Under the pieces are notes generated by a model. That model ran no database searches and was not told the origin of the DNA. It saw only the letters and a list, made by a program, of their open reading frames with translations. 64,000 nucleotides of DNA. Origin: an uncultured Oscillospiraceae bacterium. Lineage in GTDB: Bacteria; Bacillota; Clostridia; Oscillospirales; Ruminococcaceae. The stretch covers positions 45,347 to 109,346 of the forward strand of contig CAZSIV010000002.1 in the NCBI GenBank assembly GCA_964607135.1. Direction: 5' to 3'. Positions 25,841-36,999 of this stretch are shown one piece after another. Position 1 is the stretch's first letter. Each line of letters begins with the position of its first letter. Made by a program: the position numbers and the translations under genes.

Positions 25841-26040
25841 ATCAATAATATGATATAAAAATACCGGCAGAACAGTTGTGATATGATCCTTATCCCTTGC
25901 TTTTTGCATGATGAAACGCACCGTTTTTTGCAGTCATAACGCTGTGAAGACCAAATTTTTAGCTTTTTATTTTCACGTCCGGCGGCATATCCCTAAGAAA
26001 AAGAGACAGCCGCGGACAGAATGTCAGCTGAGGTGATTTT

Positions 26041-27849
<1,809 letters not shown>

Positions 27850-27909
27850 ACTTTGCATTTTGAAAGGGCTGACGGAATTGCCGGCAGCTCTTATTGATAG
27901 GAGGATGGG

Positions 27910-29325
27910 ATGAAACGCCGAATCGCCGCATTTGCGGTTGCTGTGCTGTTCTGTCTGTCCGGCTGTGAGCGGCTGGATTCATCATCGTTTCTGCCGGCGG
28001 TTTCTCTTGCTGCAGCCCATTTTTCACCTTCTCCCGTTTCCTCCGCCCCTTCGGAGCCGTCCGAACCGGAAAGCTCTGAATCTTCCGAAAGCTCTGAATT
28101 TTCCGATCTTTCGGAATCATCCAGTTCGTCCTCCTCTGCTTCTTCCAGTACGGCTGCATCGCCGTCTTCTTCCGTACAGGCAGGAGCTTCCGTGCAGTGG
28201 CCTTCCTCGCCGGAGGGCACACTTGCCGGGATGACGCTGGAGGAAAAGGTCGGGCAGCTTTTTATCCTCGCTTACCGCCGGGACGGAAGCGGGCGGAAAC
28301 TCACGGCGCTGGACCAGGCGGCGGTCAGTGAGCTCGCCGGGGTGCAGCCGGGTGGGATCATCCTCTTCCGGGAAAACATCTCGACGGTGGCGCAGGTGCG
28401 CGAGTTCGTCCAGGCGGCGGATCAGGCTGTGCGGCTCCCCCTTTTTGTCTCGGTCGACCAGGAGGGCGGCATCGTCCAGCGGGTCACGAAAACGGATTCT
28501 ATCCCCGCGACTGTCATTCCTCCCATGTTCGAGGTGGGACGGACGGGGGACGCCGCCCTCGCCCAGAAGGTGGGAAGGGTTTTGGGGAGCGAGCTGGGCG
28601 TCTTCGGCTTCAATATGGATTTCGCCCCTGTCTGCGACGTTTTTTCGAATCCCAGCAATACCGTAATCGGCAACCGCGCCTTTTCATCAGACCCGCAGGC
28701 TGTCGCGGAGCTGTCCGTTTCGCTGATGAACGGGCTGCGGCAGAAAAATATGATCCCGGTCGCCAAGCACTTCCCCGGGCATGGGGATACCGACGCGGAC
28801 ACCCATGTCGGGTACGCTGTCAGCAATAAAACGCTGGAGGAGCTTCGGCAGACCGAGCTGATCCCCTTCCAGGCGCAGATCGCCGCGGGTGTCCCGGCGA
28901 TCATGGTTGCGCATATCAGCCTCCCCGCCCTCAATGGAGACAACACGCCCGCCACCCTTTCCAAGAGGGTAATCACCGATCTACTCCGAAACGAGATGGG
29001 CTACAACGGGCTTGTGATCACCGACGCTCTCGCCATGGGTGCGATTGTCAAACACTACGGCAGCGAAGCGGCGGTTCAGGCGCTCCAGGCGGGCGCCGAC
29101 CTGCTGCTGATGCCGGAAAACCCTGTGGCGGCCTATCAGGCTGTCCTGGCCGCTGTTAGGAGCGGAACGCTTTCGGAGGCGCGGATCGATGAATCCGTCC
29201 TGCGCATTTTGAGGGTGAAATACCAATATGGTTTATTTGGAAACCGCGCCTTAACCGACCCGTCGGTGCTCGGCTGTGCGGAACACCAGGCGGTTGTCGC
29301 TGAAATTCAGGCGAAGCAGCCGTAG
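27910..29325 (+). CDS. Glycoside hydrolase family 3 lipoprotein (beta-N-acetylhexosaminidase-like)
   Basis: Lipobox LSGC, a Ser-rich linker, and the GH3 motifs KHFPGHGDTDADTH and ITDAL. Confidence 0.8.
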   Translation: MKRRIAAFAVAVLFCLSGCERLDSSSFLPAVSLAAAHFSPSPVSSAPSEPSEPESSESSESSEFSDLSESSSSSSSASSSTAASPSSSVQAGASVQWPSSPEGTLAGMTLEEKVGQLFILAYRRDGSGRKLTALDQAAVSELAGVQPGGIILFRENISTVAQVREFVQAADQAVRLPLFVSVDQEGGIVQRVTKTDSIPATVIPPMFEVGRTGDAALAQKVGRVLGSELGVFGFNMDFAPVCDVFSNPSNTVIGNRAFSSDPQAVAELSVSLMNGLRQKNMIPVAKHFPGHGDTDADTHVGYAVSNKTLEELRQTELIPFQAQIAAGVPAIMVAHISLPALNGDNTPATLSKRVITDLLRNEMGYNGLVITDALAMGAIVKHYGSEAAVQALQAGADLLLMPENPVAAYQAVLAAVRSGTLSEARIDESVLRILRVKYQYGLFGNRALTDPSVLGCAEHQAVVAEIQAKQP

Positions 29326-29553
29326 CGGGACAGTCTTTCGCAAAAAGCATTTCCCCGGCCGACAAAGATGACAGACGGTTTCTGCCGGGAATCACGCTTC
29401 GCAGGCGGTGCTGAAAAAGAGGCCGGCAGCCCATGCCCTGGTGGCCTGAAACCCAAAGACTGGAAAAAACAGGGCGCGAATTGGACGCTCGGCGCAGAGT
29501 CTTTCCGCCGTTAAACGGAAACGGGACCGGATCGAACAAAGGAGGATGAAAGG

Positions 29554-30660
29554 ATGGCGGGTATCTATCTCCATATCCCGTTCTGCGCGGTGAAATGCCC
29601 CTACTGCGACTTCTACTCTCTGCCCGCCCGCCCAGCGTCGATGGACAGCTGTCTCGCCGCTCTCCTGAACGAAATCGGAAACGCTCCGTCCTGCCTGCCT
29701 GTTGAAACGGTCTATTTCGGCGGAGGTACGCCGTCTTTGTTCGGGTCGGGGCGGATTACCACCGTGATGGAAAAGCTGCGGGAGCGGTTCTCTCTGCTGG
29801 ACAGCGCGGAAATCACGCTGGAGACCAACCCCTTTTCCACCCCGGAGCGGGAATATGAACTGCTGCTGAAAGCCGGAGTCAACCGGCTTTCTTTCGGCGT
29901 CCAGTCGGCGATCCCCGGCGAGCTGCGGCAGCTGGGCCGCTTACAGGGGCCGGAACAGGTGAAAACCGCTGTTTCACGGGCAAAGGCGGTGGGCTTTCGA
30001 AATCTGTCCGCCGACCTCATGCTGGGAATTCCCGGGCAGACGGTGGATTCGCTGAAACAGAGCGTTTCCTTTTTAGCAGCGCTCGGCATCCAGCATCTTT
30101 CCGCCTACCTTTTGAAGATCGAAGAGGGGACGCCTTTTGCCGCACAGAGCATCGCTTCCCGCTGTCCTGGGGAGGAGGAGCAGGCGGAGCTCTACCTCGT
30201 GGCGGTCTCCCTTCTGGAAGAGGCCGGATTCCGTCAATACGAAATTTCGAACTTCGCAAAACCGGGCTTTGAAAGTCGGCACAATCTGAAATACTGGCGG
30301 CGGGAGGAATATCTCGGCTTCGGCCCGGCGACCCATTCCTTCTTTCAGGGGAAACGATATGCCCATCCCCGGGATTTAGAAGGGTATCTCCGCACCGGGG
30401 GGCGGGACGCCGTTCCGACCGACGAATGCCCCGACCCCGCCGAAGAGGAGCTGATGCTCCGGCTCCGGCTCTGTGAAGGGGTAGAGATTGGCTCCTTACC
30501 CATCGAGGAAAATGCAGGGCGCAGGCTTCTCGCCGCCGCCCGCCCATTGGAGCAGGCGGGGCTTCTGCGGGCAGACAACGGACGGATTGCCCTCACGCCG
30601 GAGGGCTTTTTAGTCTCGAACGCCGTCATTCTGCGGCTGATACAGGCGCTGGACGGTTAA
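29554..30660 (+). CDS. hemW: Radical SAM heme chaperone HemW (HemN-like)
   Basis: Radical SAM motif CAVKCPYCDF near the N-terminus. The size and the conserved position after lepA fit HemW. Confidence 0.85.
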   Translation: MAGIYLHIPFCAVKCPYCDFYSLPARPASMDSCLAALLNEIGNAPSCLPVETVYFGGGTPSLFGSGRITTVMEKLRERFSLLDSAEITLETNPFSTPEREYELLLKAGVNRLSFGVQSAIPGELRQLGRLQGPEQVKTAVSRAKAVGFRNLSADLMLGIPGQTVDSLKQSVSFLAALGIQHLSAYLLKIEEGTPFAAQSIASRCPGEEEQAELYLVAVSLLEEAGFRQYEISNFAKPGFESRHNLKYWRREEYLGFGPATHSFFQGKRYAHPRDLEGYLRTGGRDAVPTDECPDPAEEELMLRLRLCEGVEIGSLPIEENAGRRLLAAARPLEQAGLLRADNGRIALTPEGFLVSNAVILRLIQALDG

Positions 30661-30673
30661 AGGAGGAGTTTAC

Positions 30674-31501
30674 TTGCAGGAAAACCATCCGCTTCGCCGG
30701 GCGGCGGGAACCGGCGTCCGTTTTACAGGGGATCCGGAGCTGGACGATCTGCTCGAACGGCTGCTGGATGGGCTGCGGCAGGTGTTCGGTTCCTGTCTGA
30801 TGGGGCTTTATTGTTACGGCAGTCTCGTTTGGGGCGGATTCGACCGCTCCCTAAGCGATATCGACCTCGCCGCCGTCCTGGAACGGGACGTTTCTGCGGA
30901 GGAGTTCTCCGCTTTGGAGCGGCTCCACACCGCTTTAGCAAAAGAGTTCCCGCGCTGGGAGGATCGGATCGAAGTGCAGTATGTGGGGAAGGAGACGCTC
31001 GCTCATTTCCGGCACGGAAACGGGCGGATGGCCAACATCAGCCCGGGGGAGCCGCTCCATCCGGTGCCCTGTACCGCCGGCTGGCTGACCAACTGGTATT
31101 TTGCGCGGGAATACGGGCATGTCCTCGCAGGGATTCCCCGAGAGGAGGCCTTCCCGGAAATTTCCCACCCAGAGTTTTTAGAGGCCGTCCGTTTCTCCGC
31201 ACTGGAGTGGCCTGAACGGATCGAACAGATCAGGGACTCCTGCTCCTATCAGGGGTACGCCGTCCTCACTCTTTGCCGCGCCTGTTATACTCTTGTCACC
31301 GGGCGGCAGGCATCGAAGGCCGAGAGCGCCGGATGGCTGGCGGAGCGTTGGCCCGAAGCCGCGCAAATTACGGCAGATGCCCTGCGTTGGAGAGAGGAGC
31401 GGGACAAGGGCCCGCATGATCCGGCCCGGACCCTCCCGCGGACAGAGGCATTTATCCGCGCGGTCGTCGAAAAAATCCGGACGGGTTCTCACAGGAATTG
31501 A
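30674..31501 (+). CDS. Nucleotidyltransferase-domain protein, AadA/ANT-like (with DUF4111-type C-domain)
   Basis: YGSLVWGGFDRSLSDIDLAAVL resembles the G-S...D-x-D nucleotidyltransferase motif of ANT(3'')/ANT(9) enzymes. At 275 aa it is similar in length to AadA. Confidence 0.55.
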   Translation: MQENHPLRRAAGTGVRFTGDPELDDLLERLLDGLRQVFGSCLMGLYCYGSLVWGGFDRSLSDIDLAAVLERDVSAEEFSALERLHTALAKEFPRWEDRIEVQYVGKETLAHFRHGNGRMANISPGEPLHPVPCTAGWLTNWYFAREYGHVLAGIPREEAFPEISHPEFLEAVRFSALEWPERIEQIRDSCSYQGYAVLTLCRACYTLVTGRQASKAESAGWLAERWPEAAQITADALRWREERDKGPHDPARTLPRTEAFIRAVVEKIRTGSHRN

Positions 31502-31603
31502 ACGAAAACAGGGATAAATCCGGCAAATGACGGCGATTCCCGTGATTTTTCCGGCTGAATGTGTTAAAATGGAACCAGCAGGAAAATCGAAACGAGGAGG
31601 ATT

Positions 31604-32533
31604 GTGATGATTGAACCCAAGAGCTGTTCTTATGAGGAATTCCCGGCGGCGCCCGAAGCCTGCCCGGGGATGAAGGTGATCCAGACCAGACGGGACGAGC
31701 GCAAGCTCGCCTACCGCGCCGACGTCGAGTATGACCGCTATGAGGGCGGGCCGCTCACTTTGCAGATCCTCTATCCTTATTACGCCGACGCGCGCCCGGC
31801 AAAATTCCCCTGCCTGGTCTTTGTCCAGGGCTCCGGCTGGGGGGTGCAGAATGTTTATTCCAACGTCGCATCCCTTGCAAAGCTCGCGGAAAAGGGGTAT
31901 GTGGCCGCCGTCGTCCAGTACCGGCACTCCGCTGCGGCCCCCTTTCCCGCCCAGGTGGTCGACACCCGGACGGCGATCAAGTTCCTGCGGAAGAACGCCG
32001 CGGAATACAACATCGACGAAACGAGGATTGCCGTTTCGGGCGATTCTTCGGGCGGGCACACCAGCCTGATGCTCACAGTGACCGAGGGGATGGGGGCCTT
32101 CGCATCCGAGAAATACCCGGGCTATTCCGACCATATCTCCGCCTGCGTGGATTTTTACGGGCCGACCGCTATCTATGAGATGAACGAGGCGCCTTCCGGG
32201 ATGGATCATTACGGCGCGGATTCGCCCGAGGGGATGCTCATCGGCGGGCTGGACGTTCAGGAGAATCTGGAGCGCGCCAAAAAAACCGACCCGGTGCTCT
32301 ATCTGGAAAAAGAGCGTCCGCTTCCGCCGGTGCTGATCTTTCACGGGGATAAAGACCCGATCGTCCCCTTCCGCCAGAGCGTCCGGCTTTACGACGCCCT
32401 GCTGGAAAACGGCAAGGAGGCGTATTTTTACAAGATGCTGGGCGCAGAGCACGGAGGGCCCGGCTTCTGGACGGACGAAGTGATCGGGCTGGTCGATGAG
32501 TTTCTTCGCAGAAGCTTTGCGGCCGATTGCTGA
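31604..32533 (+). CDS. Alpha/beta hydrolase (esterase/lipase fold)
   Basis: Oxyanion-type VQGSGW motif and nucleophile elbow GDSSGGH. C-terminal HGDKD...EH. Confidence 0.7.
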   Translation: MMIEPKSCSYEEFPAAPEACPGMKVIQTRRDERKLAYRADVEYDRYEGGPLTLQILYPYYADARPAKFPCLVFVQGSGWGVQNVYSNVASLAKLAEKGYVAAVVQYRHSAAAPFPAQVVDTRTAIKFLRKNAAEYNIDETRIAVSGDSSGGHTSLMLTVTEGMGAFASEKYPGYSDHISACVDFYGPTAIYEMNEAPSGMDHYGADSPEGMLIGGLDVQENLERAKKTDPVLYLEKERPLPPVLIFHGDKDPIVPFRQSVRLYDALLENGKEAYFYKMLGAEHGGPGFWTDEVIGLVDEFLRRSFAADC

Positions 32534-32549
32534 AAGGGGATCGATACTG

Positions 32550-33221
32550 TTGAAATTTGAAACGCATTTCCACACGCAGGAATCCAGCCCCTGCGGGCAG
32601 GTAGAGGCCAAAACCGCCGTTCGGGAATATCTGAAGGCGGGGTATGACGGGATTGTCGTCACCGACCATTACGGCAGCTATCCGCTCGATTGGTTTAGCG
32701 GTTCCCTGAAGGAGCGGCTCGATCAGTCCATGAGCGGTTACCTCCATGCAAAAGAGGAAGGGGAGCGGCTGGGGCTCACCGTCCTGTTCGGGGTGGAAAT
32801 CCGGCTGGAGGAGGGCCCGGAGGATCTGCTTCTCTACGGGTTGTCCCCGGCGTTTTTCCTAAACCGCCCCGACATCTACACCGTCACCCTTCCCGAGCTC
32901 TCGGATGCGGTTCACAGCGCCGGGGGGATCATCGTTCAAGCGCATCCTTACAGAGAGCCCTGTCGTCCCAGGGAACCCGAATTCCTCGACGGGGTCGAAA
33001 TTTACAACGGAAACCCCCGCCAAGATAATCACAACGACCTTGCCGCCGCCTTTGCAAAAGAGAATGGGCTGATCTGCACCTCGGGGAGCGATTATCATCA
33101 GCCGCAGGATCTCGCACGGGGCGGGATCGAGCTCCAGGGGCCGGTTCGCACCGAACAGGAGTTCAAAGCCGCCCTTCTCACCGGAACAGGGCGGCTGATC
33201 CGCCCGGACGGGCAAGAATAA
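32550..33221 (+). CDS. PHP-domain metal-dependent phosphoesterase
   Basis: HFHTQESSPCG N-terminal motif and a later AHPYR. The ORF opens at 32496 but that overlaps the preceding gene; the TTG at 32550 follows AAAGGGGA. Confidence 0.6.
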   Translation: MKFETHFHTQESSPCGQVEAKTAVREYLKAGYDGIVVTDHYGSYPLDWFSGSLKERLDQSMSGYLHAKEEGERLGLTVLFGVEIRLEEGPEDLLLYGLSPAFFLNRPDIYTVTLPELSDAVHSAGGIIVQAHPYREPCRPREPEFLDGVEIYNGNPRQDNHNDLAAAFAKENGLICTSGSDYHQPQDLARGGIELQGPVRTEQEFKAALLTGTGRLIRPDGQE

Positions 33222-33233
33222 AAGGAGGAAGAT

Positions 33234-34409
33234 TTGATGAAGCTTTTGAGCGATTACAGCCAGATCCGGGGCATCTGCCACAATCCTGACCCGGACAAAA
33301 CCCCGGAACAGGTCGAGTTTGAACTGTCCTGCGCCGAGCGCCTCCAGCTCAATTCGACGCGGTTCTGGATCGAGCAGGAGAAATGGGAAAAAGACCCGAA
33401 GGGCTACTTCGGCCTGGTGCTCGATTTTGTCCGGCGCTGCGATGCGCACGGAATCTCGGTCATGCCGATCTTCTGGAACGGCAACCCGATCAAGACGTTC
33501 AGCCCGCCGACGGAGAATGAGTGGATAAAGATGGAGGAGTACGCCGCGGCGGTGATTTCTCTCCTGCAAGACGAGCCGAACCTTCTGATGTGGGATGTGA
33601 TGAACGAGCCCTACTGCAACGATTACATCCGCAACTGCCCCGACCCGGCCCTTCTCCCCGGGCGGATGGAGCAGCTTTCCGCACTGGTGCGCCGGATGTG
33701 CGGCATCGTTCGGAAGCTCGACCCGGACGGTGTTCTCACGGTCGGGCACGAATTTATCCAGCATTGTGAGACGACCAACGATCTGGTCGACGTCATCAGC
33801 TTCCACGACTACCTGAAAACCCGCGCCGAAATCGAGGCGGTTTACCAGAAGGCAGAGGAGATGAGCAAACAAACCGGAAAGCCTCTCCTCAACACCGAGA
33901 CCGGGTGCATCGGCCGCTCCAACCCTTACGACGTCGAGCTGGAAATCTGCCGGAAGCACCACGTCGGCTGGTACCTGTTCTGCCTGGTGGCCGAAGGGTT
34001 CTGGGGGGATATCCACGGGATCATCTACCCGGATGGGACAGTCCGCGACCCGGCTATCGTCGCCGCGATTTTCGGCTTCTTCCGCAACCGCGGGCCCGAA
34101 CGGATCCGCCCGAACCCCAACAAGGAAGGATATGCCTTTAAAGCGGTCGCCGCCGTCAAGGACGTCCTCAACACGGAGGAGATCACCCTCTTCCACAGCA
34201 AGGAGGTCACCAGCGACGACATCCTGGAGGCGGCGGAGCGCTGTGTCAATATTTTAGAGGCAAACGAGCTCGTCCCGATGTGGGATCCGCCCTCCGCGAA
34301 GATTGCGGATTGGCGCGCCCAGCCGGATGAGAAGCGCGACCTTCCCGCCATCCGGAAATTCGCCTATGAGATGGCGAAGCTGGTGCAGGATACCTGCCTG
34401 GTGCTGTAA
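33234..34409 (+). CDS. Clan GH-A (GH5-like) glycoside hydrolase
   Basis: WDVMNEPY (acid/base N-E-P) and LLNTETGC (candidate nucleophile Glu). Confidence 0.5.
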   Translation: MMKLLSDYSQIRGICHNPDPDKTPEQVEFELSCAERLQLNSTRFWIEQEKWEKDPKGYFGLVLDFVRRCDAHGISVMPIFWNGNPIKTFSPPTENEWIKMEEYAAAVISLLQDEPNLLMWDVMNEPYCNDYIRNCPDPALLPGRMEQLSALVRRMCGIVRKLDPDGVLTVGHEFIQHCETTNDLVDVISFHDYLKTRAEIEAVYQKAEEMSKQTGKPLLNTETGCIGRSNPYDVELEICRKHHVGWYLFCLVAEGFWGDIHGIIYPDGTVRDPAIVAAIFGFFRNRGPERIRPNPNKEGYAFKAVAAVKDVLNTEEITLFHSKEVTSDDILEAAERCVNILEANELVPMWDPPSAKIADWRAQPDEKRDLPAIRKFAYEMAKLVQDTCLVL

Positions 34410-34528
34410 TTCGCATCGATTGCCTCAAGGCGGTAAAACAGGCAAACAGTCAAGCATATCGTCATCAACGGAAACAGCCAAGGGAACGAATCCCTTGGCT
34501 GTTTTTAATGAAGGAATAAACCCGCCGT

Positions 34529-35287
34529 CTACGGCTTTTTTGCGAGGAGCAGGAACCGATGCTCTCTGCTTTGGAGGAATCCGTTTTGCTCGAGCTCCTC
34601 CTGGCATGCACAAAGGCGGTCGAAATCCCGCTCCACCGAAAATCCGGGGAATTCCCAGACGATCGCTTTGGCAAAGCAGATCAGCGCCCCGACGTCGTAG
34701 AACCGCAGAGTCGGGAATGCATCCTCCCCCTGTAGGCCCACAAAGCCTGCCTGCCGCAGTTCGCCCAGGCATTCCGCGAGGTTGTGGTCCGGGAAGGGAG
34801 GGACGAACCCCTCGATCAGCCGCTCTGACAGCTCCCGGTTGTTTTCCGAGCCGACCTGCTGGGTGATGAAGACGCCGCCGGCCGACAGAACGCGGAAAAC
34901 TTCCTCTGCGCGAAAGCTGCCGTGCCGGTTGATGACGATATCGAAGCCGCCGTCGCCGAACGGGAGCCCGCCGCCCTTTGAGGTCTGCGAAACGGTGACC
35001 CCGAGGGGGGCGAGCCGTTCCCTGCAAAGCGCGGCATTTGGGGGATAATCCTCGGTGACGGCGGTGAGGTGGTATGGATGTCCAAGAGAGAGGAGAAACT
35101 CCCCGCCGCCCGTCGCAATGTCGAGCAGGCGGCTGTCCGGCCTCAGGTGAGAGGAAACCTGTTCCCTGTAATCCCAGGGCAGAGGAGTGCTTTCGCATCT
35201 CCCATCCAGGCAGGAGAAATCCCACCCCCGGAGCACCCGCTCCTCCTCCGCTTTCCAGATTCGTTTGAATTCCGCTGATTGTTTCAT
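34529..35287 (-). CDS. Class I SAM-dependent methyltransferase
   Basis: Motif I LLDIATGGGEF and post-I/II acidic residues; 252 aa. Confidence 0.75.
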   Translation of the reverse strand: MKQSAEFKRIWKAEEERVLRGWDFSCLDGRCESTPLPWDYREQVSSHLRPDSRLLDIATGGGEFLLSLGHPYHLTAVTEDYPPNAALCRERLAPLGVTVSQTSKGGGLPFGDGGFDIVINRHGSFRAEEVFRVLSAGGVFITQQVGSENNRELSERLIEGFVPPFPDHNLAECLGELRQAGFVGLQGEDAFPTLRFYDVGALICFAKAIVWEFPGFSVERDFDRLCACQEELEQNGFLQSREHRFLLLAKKP

Positions 35288-35612
35288 GATAACTGCTCCT
35301 TTTCGATCAGGGTATCAAGCCCTTTCATCGTATGGAATCTTCATTGGTGACAGGTGCAGTTAACGGACGTCAGACCTGCTTATTCCCGGCACGGCCTGCT
35401 GTCAGGCTTGTGGTAACCGCACCGGGTTACTAATTCGCAGTGTCATCTTCATTTTCTCCTTTCTGGATCATTGCAGAGAATCATATCAGTATTCCGTCCT
35501 AGTCAACCTGATTTTTGCCGCTGAATGAAAGAAGCGGCGCCCCGCCGTTTCAAAAAACGGGACGCGCCGCCTTTCGCTTTATCGCCAGGCTGACGGGGCG
35601 GGAATTTAAATC

Positions 35613-36785
35613 CTACAGCGCCAGGTGGTAGATTGCTTCGACATCCTTGCTCCCGAGCTTGACGAAGCCGCCGGTCGTCCCATCCGCGCCGAGTCCCAGC
35701 GTTTCGACCATGGCGGGGATGTCCTCCTCCTTCGCGCCGAGCCCGGCGAAGTCGAGCGGCATCCCGATGGATGCTAAAAACCCTTTAAACCGGGCGATCC
35801 CTTCGAGTGCGGTGGCCTCCGGATTCGCAAAATTCATGTCGCAGTGCCAAACCCGGACGGCGAACTGGGCAAAGCGGTCGATATCGTGCTTGTAGACGTA
35901 GGACATCCAGGCGGGGCAGATCACCGCCAGGCCCGCGCCGTGGGCGCAGTCGTACAGGGCGGAGAGCTCGTGTTCGATGTTGTGGCTGGCCCAGTCCTGC
36001 TCCCGGCCGACGCCGCAGATGTTGTTGTGGGCGACCATCCCGGCCCACATGATATTCGCCCGCGCCTGGTAGTTTTGCGGGTCGGCGACCACCTTGGGCG
36101 CCTCCTCGATCATCGTCTGGAGGACGGCTTCACAGAGCCGGTCGGTGATCTCGACGTCTTTGGTGTTGGTGAAATACCGCTCGATGACGTGAACCATGAT
36201 GTCGGTGATCCCGCAGGCGGTCTGATAAGGCGGGAGGGTGCAGGTGTATGCGGGGTTGAGGACTGAGAATTTCGGGCGGAGCGCCTCGCCAGTGCCGCCC
36301 CGTTTGAGCATCCCGTTTTCATGGGTGATCACGGTGTCGGGCGAGCCCTCGCTCCCCGCCGCCGCGATGGTGAGAACCGTTCCGACCGGGAGGGCCTCGG
36401 TCACCGGAATCCCCTTGGAGTAGTAGTCCCAGAAATCCCCGTCGTAGGGCACGCCCGCCGCAATGGCCTTCGCCGAGTCGATGGTGCTGCCTCCGCCGAC
36501 CGCCAGGATGAAGTCGATCTCCTCTTTGCGGCAGAGGTCGATCCCCTGGTAAACCAGCCCGCTGCGGGGGTTCGGTAGAACGCCGCCCAGCTCGACATAG
36601 GGCAGGCCATATTCTTTTAAAGAAGCGGTTACCGCGTCGAAAACGCCGTTGCGTTTGACCGAACCGCCGCCGTAATGGAGCAGAACCTTGCTGCCGCCGA
36701 ACCGTTTGACCAGCTCGCCGACGCTTTTTTCACTGCCTTGTCCGAAGGCAAAATAGGTAGGCGCATAAAATCTGAAATTTTCCAT
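35613..36785 (-). CDS. Iron-containing (group III) alcohol dehydrogenase, butanol dehydrogenase/YqhD-like
   Basis: GGGSTIDSAKAIA dinucleotide motif. Metal ligands appear in HVIERY and HNIEHELSALYDCAHGAGLA. Confidence 0.85.
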   Translation of the reverse strand: MENFRFYAPTYFAFGQGSEKSVGELVKRFGGSKVLLHYGGGSVKRNGVFDAVTASLKEYGLPYVELGGVLPNPRSGLVYQGIDLCRKEEIDFILAVGGGSTIDSAKAIAAGVPYDGDFWDYYSKGIPVTEALPVGTVLTIAAAGSEGSPDTVITHENGMLKRGGTGEALRPKFSVLNPAYTCTLPPYQTACGITDIMVHVIERYFTNTKDVEITDRLCEAVLQTMIEEAPKVVADPQNYQARANIMWAGMVAHNNICGVGREQDWASHNIEHELSALYDCAHGAGLAVICPAWMSYVYKHDIDRFAQFAVRVWHCDMNFANPEATALEGIARFKGFLASIGMPLDFAGLGAKEEDIPAMVETLGLGADGTTGGFVKLGSKDVEAIYHLAL

Positions 36786-36999
36786 GGTCGTTCCTCCTGT
36801 TGTGTTGGCATATCATTGCGTCTTTTTTGGGGGGCTTGTCCGTTTGATCCATCCCCGCCCGGATAAATCTATGATAGCATGGGGAAAATGCGGATGCAAG
36901 GGTTTTTGCCGCATCGGAGAGGGAAAGCCGTATTTCAATTTTAAACCGGATTTTCCTCATTGATACAAAATACCAGAAAAGCTTTGTGCAGTTTGTTCC

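Noticed and set aside
28040-28190. Tandem DNA repeat in the GH3 gene
   Set aside because: This is simple Ser/Glu-rich linker coding (SESSESSEFSDLSESSSS) between the lipobox and the catalytic domain. It is low-complexity sequence, not a discrete repeat element.
31178-34196. Long minus-strand ORFs (31178-32662, 494 aa; 32859-34196, 445 aa)
   Set aside because: They are antisense to four + strand genes that carry clear catalytic motifs. Their composition is the low-complexity R/G/P/A pattern of shadow ORFs in high-GC DNA.
35330-35470. Riboswitch (SAM or cobalamin) in the leader of the methyltransferase gene
   Set aside because: I could not match any riboswitch core consensus by eye. One short segment (TTACTAATTCGCAGTG) only loosely resembles the 46-kb repeat unit. 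A covariance-model scan is needed.
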